Shown: piece by piece, positions 56,401 through 64,000 of the stretch | How positions within the stretch are numbered: position 1 is the first letter of the stretch | How the letters are laid out: the number at the start of each line of letters is the position of its first letter | Assembly: GCA_965217585.1 (NCBI GenBank) | Contig: OZ244561.1 | Span: 1,248,001 to 1,312,000 of the forward strand | Direction of reading: 5' to 3' | Origin: Candidatus Latescibacterota bacterium | GTDB lineage: Bacteria; Latescibacterota; UBA2968; UBA8231 | Length of the DNA stretch: 64,000 nucleotides | Notes under the pieces: generated by a model | Told to the model about the DNA's origin: nothing | What the model saw: only the letters and a program-made list of their open reading frames with translations | Databases searched by the model: none | Program-made: the position numbers and the translations under genes

Positions 56401-56667
56401 GAAATAGGCATTGCCAATTTGGTACGCGGCCACTTCTTGCAGGGGCGCGGCTATTTGGCCGACGGAAACTCGAATGGCCTCCATCGCGAGCAGTTTGTGC
56501 CGACTGCGCATGATGTGGCGATAGTTTTCAATGGCCTGATCGTAGGCCCCAGAGGCGTAGAAGTTCTGGCCGTGCTCAAAGCGGGCCTGCATCTCCTCGG
56601 CCGTGGGCACAAAGCGGGTCGCGGCCGCGGCGAGGGTCAGCAGGGATAAGATGGCTAACGGCAGCAT
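53425..56667 (-). CDS. Large exported TPR-repeat protein (BamD/CpoB-like repeats)
   Basis: Signal peptide; many repeats of type YPxSxxAxxALYxIG; SD GAGG; GTGA overlap with the next gene. Confidence 0.9.
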   Translation of the reverse strand: MLPLAILSLLTLAAAATRFVPTAEEMQARFEHGQNFYASGAYDQAIENYRHIMRSRHKLLAMEAIRVSVGQIAAPLQEVAAYQIGNAYFKMGEEELKRATQARSDEARAQHQGRADDLLTQAVEAFVATETLSATPALRALSRSRAVACAYRMGDFRRTIDEARQLVASYPTSPYVAHALYDIGWSHYQLREYAQSIAVFQDLVGRFPSGYRTSRALFQIGECYFALGRFAEAIPSYQRLVDSQRLDRMSEREILRMQRNKLAGLVDETELEIAAKALLRIGECREHTGEYALAVEAYALVAARFADERRLSEEAYLRQAQLHYQRGDVAASIAVYQRALEAQQDDFGRARLQLLLANRYFETGNYLEAVSEYSAYRDDYAAFAAQAGLPLEGVGLQIARAWFGRAEAAEVAPEERTDLFRRAEAELRRTLEAFPSSTYEMDLRFNLGLALQRQDEAATTAQALDIFEALAASPQAGGYRHSALFQRARILHGRGEYADAIQIYQRLDEELGDKSEADIARFEAAIAQRDAGAWEDAGASFLQVRAEAEMYPRSRLEAGRLLLQQGRAQRALAVLREGAQTETDRASQTLFNYLIATALSRAGDLEAALPYFDQALAAADSSFAHQAFYGRGMAYFRLGQHAEAIADLERAAGAAASRLLAAAYIAGGHIDRGLQLYQRLLQTVSAPRQRGEYLLALAEIAYRQERYGQVIATCRELLALDFAEEERPLERSYYLRERGHWLMADAALRLEDYQAVADAATLGLAAYPSGLYAPDFLFLGGLAALQLDRYAEAVGRLQDSITRYPEHSSTAEAHYYLGYAYFNQTLFAQAVAAFEIVVAQAPDRNIAPDALFRLAECRYNLQQYDQAQDQYQQLIDRYPRSPLAEEALYNIGWCLMNSLPGDADQRNKEVQRAFAAYRKNFPEGRYASMARYTLGELLYNQGDHQAAYDIFRQVEEQYPDTPAAARAAAMLPELREAVAYGDYAALTDSLKAASELSDAEAFRALIPRFEQVWRQFPHTSSGIAARANIGVCHQKLGEWQRAVDVFDAILSAARADSSLLAPNIRAFVERRRATIARKHL

Positions 56668-56684
56668 GGTTTGTTCCTCGACAC

Positions 56685-58754
56685 CTAGTAGGCTACTCCG
56701 ACGACCCCGGCGGCGCGTTCTGCGCCCGTGTCCACCTTAACTTCCACTTGGTAGAGGTACAGGCCCGGAGCCACGAGCGAACCAGTGGCATTGCGCCCAT
56801 CCCACAAACCCGGGGCTTGGCCGTCGGTTGGCAGCCACACATAGGCACCGGCCGACAGCGGCGGCGGACTGAGGGCGCGCACCAAGCGTCCGCTCAGATC
56901 GAAGATGCGGATGTCCACCTGCCGCGGGGTCTTGACCTTGGAGAGGGCGAATTCGATAGTGGCAAAATCGTTGACTCCATCGGCGTTGGGACTGAAGACC
57001 GGCGGGCGAGCGCGCACTTGGGCGAGCGTCCTCGCCTCCGAGGTAGCGGCCGACAGCACCCACGAATAAGGTGCATTGCTCTGCGGGTCCATGGCCGCGT
57101 TCTCGGCCGCGTTGAGCGGGTTGTCAGAATTAGGGGCAAACAGGCGGGCGCGAAACGCATGGATCGCCGCGTGGGTTTGGGTCCTAAAGCGAATTTGCAA
57201 CTGGGCGTCTTGTCGCAGAGGCTCGGCCAAGGAGATGGTTAGCTGGTCGCGAGTCGAGTCCCAAGTCTCGATGGCACTGCCTTCCAGGCCGGCGATTCCC
57301 TCGAACATGGCCGGCGCGGGCACGTCGATGCAGATCTGGGCCAAGCCCGCGTCGGCGTCGGCGAATTCCACATCGAGGGTGTAGGTAAAGGCGGTATCCC
57401 GGCCCATGGGGACGCGGTTGGGGGCAATGCGGCCCCACGCTTTAGAGACGGGCACTTGGTCGGCGTCGAAATCGATCTCTAGGTGCTCGAAAACAGGGGC
57501 TTTCTCGGGGGAGCGGGTAGCCATGTTGACCCGATACTGCACGAGCTCACCAGGTTCCTCGGCTGGGAACCAGATGTCTCCGGTGGCTAGGGGCAGGCTC
57601 CAGCCCCCTGCGGAATCGGCTAGATCGGCGCGGCGGAACTGCACAGTGAGTTCCGTGCCAGCGGGAACCGTGGCCTGCCAGCGCACCCGACCTACGTTCT
57701 TGACCACGGCCGGGGCACCGAGGTCGAGCGGCACCGAGGTGAACGTTCCCCGTTCTGCGTGCAGGCTGCCGTACACCTCTATTTCGGCCACGTTTGGCTG
57801 GGTGACGGCATTGATATCGACGACAACCAAGCGCAGATGGCGCGTCCACAGCGGAGCAAAGCGGACCTCGGTGCGGATGAAATCGACAATGTCGCGCAGG
57901 ATCGCCACTTCGGTCCAGCGGATTTGGTCGTCGCTGACCTGAATGGAGTAGCCGCGCAGGGAACGGTCGAAGTACTGCTCCGGGTTGCGACCCCGGGTCA
58001 GGACCCGCACAGCGTGGATTTTGCGCCGCGTTCCCAAGTCGATATCGGCATGGAAATTCAGGGCGTTAATCGGCGGATTCCACGAGGTATTCAAATCGCC
58101 GTCGAGCACCTCCGGGCGATTGGAGATCCGGTCTTTGGCCAAGTTTTGGCCGCGCACTTGTTTGAGGGTAATGCCGCCGGCTAGGGAGCCGATATCCGTC
58201 CCACCTAAAAAGCCGGCGATGGGCTGGCCGACAGACAAAGTCGGATCTAGCGTACCTTCTTGCACCAGGTGCCAAGCCTCGTCCCGCGCCACCTCGGCGG
58301 TCGTCCACCCATCATCGGCCTGGAACTGGGCGCTCCAGTACCAAGGCTGGCGGGTGCGATCGGTCGTCGTTTGGACTGCCGAGGTATCCCCGGCAGCAAA
58401 TTCCACGGTCAAGGTTGCGGCCAAGCCATTGCCGCGACCGCGACCGCGGTTGACCACCAGCGCGGCGATGTGGTTGTCGCCGCGCACCACTGGCACCGCA
58501 AAAACTCGCGGCTGCACCACGCTGGAGTCGCTGCCGACTAGTTCGCCGTTGAAGTACGCGGCAAAGCTGTCGGCTGCGGCCATGCGCAGCAAGCCCTCGC
58601 CAGCTTCGGGCACCGCAAAGGTGGTGCGGTAGTAGAGCGCGTTGCGCCATGTGGTCTGCTCCCAGGTGAGTTCTTCGCTCTGGACGGTGGGGCACACCGC
58701 GGCGAGGCCGACAACGGCGAGCAGGATCCGTTCTTGCAGAGTTGTGGGAATCAT
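56685..58754 (-). CDS. Secreted protein with F5/8 type C (discoidin) domain and FlgD/CHU_C-like tail ending VAY
   Basis: Start ATG 58754 (ATGA overlap); VLDGDLNTSW, IDLG, YSIQVSDDQIRW, VAEIEVYG; tail FSPNADGVND...WDGRNATG...GVAY. Confidence 0.8.
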   Translation of the reverse strand: MIPTTLQERILLAVVGLAAVCPTVQSEELTWEQTTWRNALYYRTTFAVPEAGEGLLRMAAADSFAAYFNGELVGSDSSVVQPRVFAVPVVRGDNHIAALVVNRGRGRGNGLAATLTVEFAAGDTSAVQTTTDRTRQPWYWSAQFQADDGWTTAEVARDEAWHLVQEGTLDPTLSVGQPIAGFLGGTDIGSLAGGITLKQVRGQNLAKDRISNRPEVLDGDLNTSWNPPINALNFHADIDLGTRRKIHAVRVLTRGRNPEQYFDRSLRGYSIQVSDDQIRWTEVAILRDIVDFIRTEVRFAPLWTRHLRLVVVDINAVTQPNVAEIEVYGSLHAERGTFTSVPLDLGAPAVVKNVGRVRWQATVPAGTELTVQFRRADLADSAGGWSLPLATGDIWFPAEEPGELVQYRVNMATRSPEKAPVFEHLEIDFDADQVPVSKAWGRIAPNRVPMGRDTAFTYTLDVEFADADAGLAQICIDVPAPAMFEGIAGLEGSAIETWDSTRDQLTISLAEPLRQDAQLQIRFRTQTHAAIHAFRARLFAPNSDNPLNAAENAAMDPQSNAPYSWVLSAATSEARTLAQVRARPPVFSPNADGVNDFATIEFALSKVKTPRQVDIRIFDLSGRLVRALSPPPLSAGAYVWLPTDGQAPGLWDGRNATGSLVAPGLYLYQVEVKVDTGAERAAGVVGVAY

Positions 58755-59506
58755 TCGTCCACCGCGCAGCGAAAGCCAACATTGCCGTCGGCGCTGAACG
58801 GGCTGCAGGCCCGGCGGTACGAGGCGCGCAACAGATTGGGGGAATTGGACCACGAGCCCCCGCGCACCACCTTCAGCGTTCCATCCGCCGGTCCAGCGAG
58901 ATTGCGCTCGTGTTCGTCGGTATAATATTCGCTGTGATACCAGTCTGCCACCCACTCCCAGACATTGCCGGCCATATCGCTGACCCCATAGGGCGATTCT
59001 CCTTGCGGGTAATGACCCACCGGCGCGGTAAAGGAGTACCCATCGCTGCTGTCGATGTCACAGCAAATATCCGCTCCGTAGTTGGCCCTAGTGCGATCGA
59101 TGTCTTCACCCCAGGGGTAGGTGCGCCCATCGGCCCCCCGGGCGGCTTTTTCCCACTCCGCCTCAGTGGGTAGGCGCTTGCCAACCCACTGACAATAGGC
59201 CACGGCATCGGGCCAACCCACCGAGATGATCGGATGGTCGTCCGGGGCCGACCGGATGGACAGGTTCATCGCTTGGGCATAGGCATTCCACTCGGCCGTG
59301 GTCACTTCGTGGCGGTCAATCCAGAAGCCGTTGAGGTGCACCGAATGTGCGGGGCGCTCATCTCTGGCACCGGAGTCGGAGCCCATGATGAAGGGCCCGG
59401 CCGGGATTTTCACCATGCCCGGTGGGTCCCGGGAGTCTGCCGGTCCCGAGACCTCATCGCAGGCGCTTAGACCGACACTGAGCAACAGGGCTAATACGCG
59501 TTTCAC
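58751..59506 (-). CDS. Formylglycine-generating enzyme (SUMF1/FGE-sulfatase) family lipoprotein
   Basis: Lipobox LSAC; IPAGPFIMG, RLPTEAEWEKAARG, DMAGNVWEW, VRGGSW, VGFRC. Confidence 0.92.
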   Translation of the reverse strand: MKRVLALLLSVGLSACDEVSGPADSRDPPGMVKIPAGPFIMGSDSGARDERPAHSVHLNGFWIDRHEVTTAEWNAYAQAMNLSIRSAPDDHPIISVGWPDAVAYCQWVGKRLPTEAEWEKAARGADGRTYPWGEDIDRTRANYGADICCDIDSSDGYSFTAPVGHYPQGESPYGVSDMAGNVWEWVADWYHSEYYTDEHERNLAGPADGTLKVVRGGSWSNSPNLLRASYRRACSPFSADGNVGFRCAVDE

Positions 59507-61569
59507 AGGGGCCCTCTTTTGGCGCTGTCCCCTAGGTCTGGTTGCGCCAGCGTTTCCACTAGGGGAATAAAATGCTGGGTATGCGGCCCTTCGGCGGCGA
59601 ACTGGCGCGCTAGGCGGCGGGCGTCCTCCAAGCGGTCGTTGTGGATCAAGGTCTGCGCCAGGGCCGGGAAGAGCGCAAAGATATATTTGCGCCGTATCTG
59701 GGGCGCTTCGAGGGCCTGTAAAAGAGGCGGCAGGGCCTGCTGGTACTGCCCCAGCAGAAAGTGGAGCTGGCCTTTGATCAGCGCGGCGAATCCCGGCTCG
59801 GCCGGGGCAGAGCCAGCAATGAAGGGAAAGCGCTGCAGGGCGCGTTGCAGGACCGCAGCCCGGTCGCCGGAGATAGTCTCACCGCTCAGGGCAAAGGTCC
59901 GCCCCCACTGCACCGCGGCCCACAGATCACCCCGCAGGGTAAAGGGAGCTTCTCGACGGGCCGCTCTATAATAAGAACGAGCCGTTGGCAAATCGCGTGC
60001 GGCAAAGAGTTGCTCGGCCACCTGCAGGGCCAGCAGCCCTTGGTCCCGGTGGCGCATCCACTGTTCAGCGCCGCGCTGCTCAGCCGCGGAGAGTCCTTCC
60101 CATAGCTGCTTGGCCAATTGTCGGTAGCGCGTGGCATTGGGGGCGTTGTACCGGTCCATGGGCGGCCGGCTGAACAATTCGGCCATGGCTTGGTAAACCC
60201 GCAGGCGGCCGACGGGCAGATCGCCCAGCAGGTCTTGGTACTGGGCATCGCTGCGCCGGCGCTCCAGCTCGACGGGTTCGTCCACGACTTGAGGCACGGC
60301 TTCGACGACTGTGCGGGCCAACAGGGCCTGCCCCGCCACCGAAGGGTGCAGGTGATCGGCCATCAACGCCCAGCCCACGCCCTCGGGCGGAGCAGCCCGA
60401 TCAAAGGCCGCTTGTACATCGGCCAGTCCAGCTCCGCTCTGGCGCGCCACGCTGTCGATCACCGCGTTGAAAGAGCGCGGGGCCCGCCAAGGCATGGTAT
60501 CGAGTTGGCGGGCCTTGGCAAAGGCTTGGCGCGCCGCCACAGGGCGCTGCAAGTGGACCAGAGCCCGGCCCCTGAGATACCATAGATAGGCGTGTTTTTC
60601 CCACAACTGAGCCGCCTCTATCAAATGCTCCAAGGCCCTGTGGGCAGCCTCTGGGGTCGAGGTCGCCAGCACTAGAACCTCGGCGGCCTTTGCCACCTTT
60701 TGCTCCCACTGCCGGGCCAGAGGCTCCTCTAAAGGGGGCGCGGCTCCAGCTCCGGGCGCGAAGCCAGCCTCATTGGCCGCCAAGGTGCACAAGATTAGCG
60801 GAACCTTGGCTTTGCTACAGGTGGCGACCATCTCTAGCAGGTTGGCGCGCAGGTGCTCGGGGGCGACCCGACGCCGCGGGCTGTCCAGCGCGACCTGGCC
60901 GCGCTCGGCCATGATCCGCGCTAGGGCAGTGGAGGAAACCTCGGTGCCGCGCAAACGGTCGAGTCCCGCCCGCACCAAGGCGGTGAGCCGCCGCTGCATG
61001 AGGAAGTAGTGCAGCCGGTTGAGTACGGGCGAATGGTGTTCGTCAACTCCGTAGATACCATTGAATTCGTTGTGGCCGGTGTACACTACGACTAGGTCCG
61101 GCTCTAGCTGCAAGGCGTCTTCGACCACTCTAACAACGGCAAAACTGGCGATTGAAGTGATGCCCAAGTTGAAGACCTGGACCTCTTTATCGGGCCAGAT
61201 GTCCTGTAGCATGGCCGCCAAAAAGGACGGAGCCGCAAGGGATTGGACCTGGGGGTAGCCCTGGACTGTGGAGGCACCGGCAAAAACCACGCGAAAGCGC
61301 TTGCCGGGGCCCGGCTCGAAAAAGGGCTGCCTCCCCATGCGGCCGCTACCGATGAGTTTGCCTTGATAGCGTTGCAAGAAAAAACGCTTGGCATAGAAGG
61401 GGTTGATGCTGCGCAAGCGCCGCTCGTCGCGCTCGGCCAAGGTGACGAGAAAAGGCGCGGGGGCCAGGGCCGGGACCAAGTGCAACAGCAGTTCCGCAAC
61501 CACGACGAGGACCAGCCCCAGTCCTAGCCCAGCGAGGCGGAGGAGCCAGACGCGTTGGCGGTTGCTCAT
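59503..61569 (-). CDS. Membrane-anchored SGNH/GDSL-like domain plus TPR protein
   Basis: Start ATG 61569; N-terminal TM; FAGASTVQG, VFNLG, VYTGHNE, DHLHP blocks; TPR helices. Confidence 0.8.
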   Translation of the reverse strand: MSNRQRVWLLRLAGLGLGLVLVVVAELLLHLVPALAPAPFLVTLAERDERRLRSINPFYAKRFFLQRYQGKLIGSGRMGRQPFFEPGPGKRFRVVFAGASTVQGYPQVQSLAAPSFLAAMLQDIWPDKEVQVFNLGITSIASFAVVRVVEDALQLEPDLVVVYTGHNEFNGIYGVDEHHSPVLNRLHYFLMQRRLTALVRAGLDRLRGTEVSSTALARIMAERGQVALDSPRRRVAPEHLRANLLEMVATCSKAKVPLILCTLAANEAGFAPGAGAAPPLEEPLARQWEQKVAKAAEVLVLATSTPEAAHRALEHLIEAAQLWEKHAYLWYLRGRALVHLQRPVAARQAFAKARQLDTMPWRAPRSFNAVIDSVARQSGAGLADVQAAFDRAAPPEGVGWALMADHLHPSVAGQALLARTVVEAVPQVVDEPVELERRRSDAQYQDLLGDLPVGRLRVYQAMAELFSRPPMDRYNAPNATRYRQLAKQLWEGLSAAEQRGAEQWMRHRDQGLLALQVAEQLFAARDLPTARSYYRAARREAPFTLRGDLWAAVQWGRTFALSGETISGDRAAVLQRALQRFPFIAGSAPAEPGFAALIKGQLHFLLGQYQQALPPLLQALEAPQIRRKYIFALFPALAQTLIHNDRLEDARRLARQFAAEGPHTQHFIPLVETLAQPDLGDSAKRGPL

Positions 61570-62429
61570 GGCGACCCCTCCCTCAGCAGCCGCGCCCCCA
61601 CCGAGGCATAGCGCCCGTGCGGCACTTGGCTGAGGCGGTTGGCCGAGCGCAGGCGGCGAGCTCCGTTGTTGTGGAAATAGCCGCCCCGGAGAACGCGCTG
61701 CATCCCGCTTGTGGGACCGGGGGGATCCACTTTGGGGGCATGGCCGTAGTACTCGGGGCTGTACCAGTCGTGCACCCACTCCCACAGATTGCCGTGCAGA
61801 TCGTACAGGCCCCAAGGGTTGGGTTTTTTAGTAGCCACTCGCTGGCTGTGTCGCAGTCCAACGTCCCAAGTATTGCCAGTGTGCCAGGCAAAGTCGTCCA
61901 GCAGCGCCTCGTCGTCGCCAAAGGACCAGCGGGTGGTGGTGCCGGCTCGGCAGGCGTACTCCCACTCTGCTTCCGTGGGCAGGCGGTAGAGTCGGGCACC
62001 GGCACTGGCGTTGAGGGCCGCGGCGAATTGCTCGACGTCGAGCCACGACAGGCCTGCGGCCGGATAGTCCGGTCCCTCGAGGACGAAATCTAGGCCGGCC
62101 CACGGCTGTGTATCCATGACCGCAGCCCACTGTTGCTGGGTGATTTCGGTCTGCGCTAGGTAGAACCCCCGGGTAATTTGCACCTCGCGGTGCGGTGCTT
62201 CGTCATCGTCCCGTCCGGGTTGGGTGGGGGGCGAGCCCATGACAAAGGTGCCCGGGGCAATCCAGACAAAGGCCATCTGGGTGCCATCGGGTAGTTCGGC
62301 CACCAGCGCGGGTCGATCCGCCGCTGTTTCCGGCTCGCATCCCGAGGCGATGAGGGCGAGCAGTAGGATTGGCCAGCGGTTGCAGCCGACCCAAGCAGCG
62401 CACCGTTCAGGTCTGTGCGGGTTCCACAT
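61566..62429 (-). CDS. Formylglycine-generating enzyme family lipoprotein
   Basis: Lipobox ASGC; IAPGTFVMGS, RLPTEAEWEYACRAG, PNPWGLYDLHGNLWEW, RVLRGG, VGARL. Confidence 0.92.
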   Translation of the reverse strand: MWNPHRPERCAAWVGCNRWPILLLALIASGCEPETAADRPALVAELPDGTQMAFVWIAPGTFVMGSPPTQPGRDDDEAPHREVQITRGFYLAQTEITQQQWAAVMDTQPWAGLDFVLEGPDYPAAGLSWLDVEQFAAALNASAGARLYRLPTEAEWEYACRAGTTTRWSFGDDEALLDDFAWHTGNTWDVGLRHSQRVATKKPNPWGLYDLHGNLWEWVHDWYSPEYYGHAPKVDPPGPTSGMQRVLRGGYFHNNGARRLRSANRLSQVPHGRYASVGARLLREGSP

Positions 62430-62793
62430 TGACGACTATAAGCTCTCCGCCGCCAAAACTCCGGCGCTCCAAGGTCAGACGCACTGTATCACCTGGGGCG
62501 GCCAGCACCGAAAGCCGCGCCTGACCACTGCTGCCCTCAATGCGTTCTATGTTTATATTGAAGGACGCCGACTCGTTCTCGGTCGGAACCTTCACAGCTT
62601 TGTTGGTAGAAGCCCTTAAAGTGAATTCAGCATCGAGCCCCACCACCGTGATGTGATAGGTATTATTGGGGGTGTCGTTGATGAACAAGATTTCGTCCCC
62701 CCTGCCGCCGCCGGGATCCTTGAGTTTTTTTCCGCCACATCCCCCGCCCCCAGCAACGACGAGCACTAGTGCCAACAACATCCATGCTTTCAT
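62407..62793 (-). CDS. Small hypothetical lipoprotein (beta-rich)
   Basis: SD AGGAGG; hydrophobic leader ending GGGC. Confidence 0.65.
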   Translation of the reverse strand: MKAWMLLALVLVVAGGGGCGGKKLKDPGGGRGDEILFINDTPNNTYHITVVGLDAEFTLRASTNKAVKVPTENESASFNINIERIEGSSGQARLSVLAAPGDTVRLTLERRSFGGGELIVVNVEPAQT

Positions 62794-62860
62794 AGTTATC
62801 CTCCTGGGAATTAGCCCTAGAATGCACTAGCAAACGCTGTTTGATTCGACCGGCAATGGA

Positions 62861-64000
62861 CTACCAACCTCCGCGCCCCTTCCCTTCCACTAGCACGACT
62901 AGCTGATCGGCACTCAGTTCGTACAGGCGGTCTACGACCCCGGAAGGCCATCGCACTTTTAGACTGTCCACCTTGCTGGACCCAGCTAATCCGAAGTGGA
63001 GCCGCGGGTCGTGTCCACCCAAGAAACCCGAGCCAGCCACGGCCTCGCGCACCTGCTTTTTACCTTCTGAAAAAACCGCGATACGGGCACCAACTCCGTC
63101 CCGGTTGCTACGCCGGCCGACCAAGCGCACCGCGAACCAGTGGCCTGTAGCGCTGTCGTTGCGCATCAGCGTAGGGAGATCGTCCAAGTTCAAAATCAGC
63201 AGATCTATATCGCCGTCGTTGTCGTAGTCCCCCCGACAGGCCCCCCGGCTCACCCGGCGCTCTTGCAGGGCTTTGACTCCTTCCACTGCCCCGAAGGTAC
63301 CGTCCCCCCGGTTTTCGAAGAGCTGGTTGGGCTGGGCGTACGTCTCCTCGCTCAGCTGCAGCCGGTCTACTTGTGGATAGACGTGGCCATTGGCCACGAA
63401 CAAATCCAAATCTCGGTCGTGGTCGTAGTCGATAAAGCACGTTCCCCAGCCCACATAAGGTAGGCTCTTGTCACCCAGCCCCGCCTTCAGCGTGACATCG
63501 ACAAAAAAGCGCCCGCGCTCGTTGCGGTAGAGCGTGTTGTAATCGCTGGCAAAATGGGTGACGAACAGATCTAGGAAACCGTCGCCATCGTAGTCCCCCC
63601 AAGCCGCGCCCATACCAGCTTGCCCCTTGCCGGCGTAGTTGTAGGCGACACCCCCTGCCAAGGCCACATCCTCGAAGCGACCATCCCCGCCGTTGTGATA
63701 GAGTAGGTTGGGAGTAGAATCGTTGGCGACAAACAGATCCGGCCAGCCGTCCTGATCGTAGTCGCTGAACAGCACCGCGAAGCCGTAGTACTTATGGCGG
63801 TCCTCGACCCCGGCGTCCGCGGTTTTATCGACGAACCGACCATCGCCCTCATTGCGGTAGAGGCGGTCGGCGGCCCCGCGCAGGCTGCGGGGTCCGCAGA
63901 AGACATCGACGGATTTCCACTGGCAAAAGGGGCGATCCTCTCGCCGGATGTCCGGATCGAAATCCACGTAATTGGCCACGTAGAGATCCAGATCGCCATC
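62861..64000 (-). CDS. CRTAC1 family protein (FG-GAP repeats plus ASPIC/UnbV domain), 5' end outside the window
   Basis: DYDxDGxxDLFVAN repeats, GMGAAWGDYD, SNRDGVGAR, RLHFGL, VRWPSG; frame open to the window edge. Confidence 0.92.
   Translation of the reverse strand, partial: DGDLDLYVANYVDFDPDIRREDRPFCQWKSVDVFCGPRSLRGAADRLYRNEGDGRFVDKTADAGVEDRHKYYGFAVLFSDYDQDGWPDLFVANDSTPNLLYHNGGDGRFEDVALAGGVAYNYAGKGQAGMGAAWGDYDGDGFLDLFVTHFASDYNTLYRNERGRFFVDVTLKAGLGDKSLPYVGWGTCFIDYDHDRDLDLFVANGHVYPQVDRLQLSEETYAQPNQLFENRGDGTFGAVEGVKALQERRVSRGACRGDYDNDGDIDLLILNLDDLPTLMRNDSATGHWFAVRLVGRRSNRDGVGARIAVFSEGKKQVREAVAGSGFLGGHDPRLHFGLAGSSKVDSLKVRWPSGVVDRLYELSADQLVVLVEGKGRGGW

Noticed and set aside
58751-62429. Two FGE-family (C-type lectin fold) genes as possible diversity-generating retroelement targets
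   Set aside because: No reverse transcriptase and no template-repeat copy of either 3' end was seen in the window; a remote DGR cannot be excluded.
1-64000. tRNA, rRNA, integrase or prophage genes
   Set aside because: None recognised; intergenic gaps are short and no such motifs were found by eye.

Overview
GC-rich, gene-dense bacterial window with no rRNA, tRNA or CRISPR array. The gene content (many FlgD-like C-terminal sorting domains, a C-terminal SWGxIK motif, a DUF6785-like membrane protein, a PhyH-family enzyme, LRR/FN3/FG-GAP repeat proteins) suggests an FCB-superphylum diderm such as Latescibacterota, possibly sponge-associated; this is inference only. Left to right: (1) the left end of an IS256-family element next to a lower-GC ORF with an R-x4-H (HEPN-like) motif that reads through, with no stop codon, into a lactonase; (2) a catabolic cluster (Gfo/Idh/MocA oxidoreductase, polytopic membrane protein, PhyH-family enzyme with an H-x-G motif, and an apparently inactive plus an intact amidohydrolase); (3) a ~16 kb minus-strand cluster in which secreted proteins ending in an 'FTPNGDGxND...VAY-stop' tail alternate with two paralogous ~900-aa putative outer-membrane proteins, plus TPR and parvulin lipoproteins; (4) an ABC solute-binding protein, an FG-GAP protein, and a Fic gene with a REPIN-like element and an hsdM-like relic; (5) a four-gene operon of two AlkP-superfamily enzymes, a ribbon-helix-helix micro-protein ending RLKGLGYLE, and a membrane protein; (6) a very GC-rich island of modular surface proteins (VLR-like LRR array, duplicated FN3 domains, one frameshifted gene, domain relics) bounded by a G16 tract; (7) a lower-GC TonB-dependent receptor; (8) a translationally coupled envelope operon (CRTAC1, two FGE-family proteins, SGNH-TPR, discoidin-VAY, large TPR, DUF4159, TonB_C/AgmX-like lipoprotein). 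The best candidates for undescribed systems are the VAY-tail/outer-membrane partner cluster (possibly linked to the operon in 8) and the AlkP-RHH operon. All family calls come from reading motifs by eye; no database searches were run.
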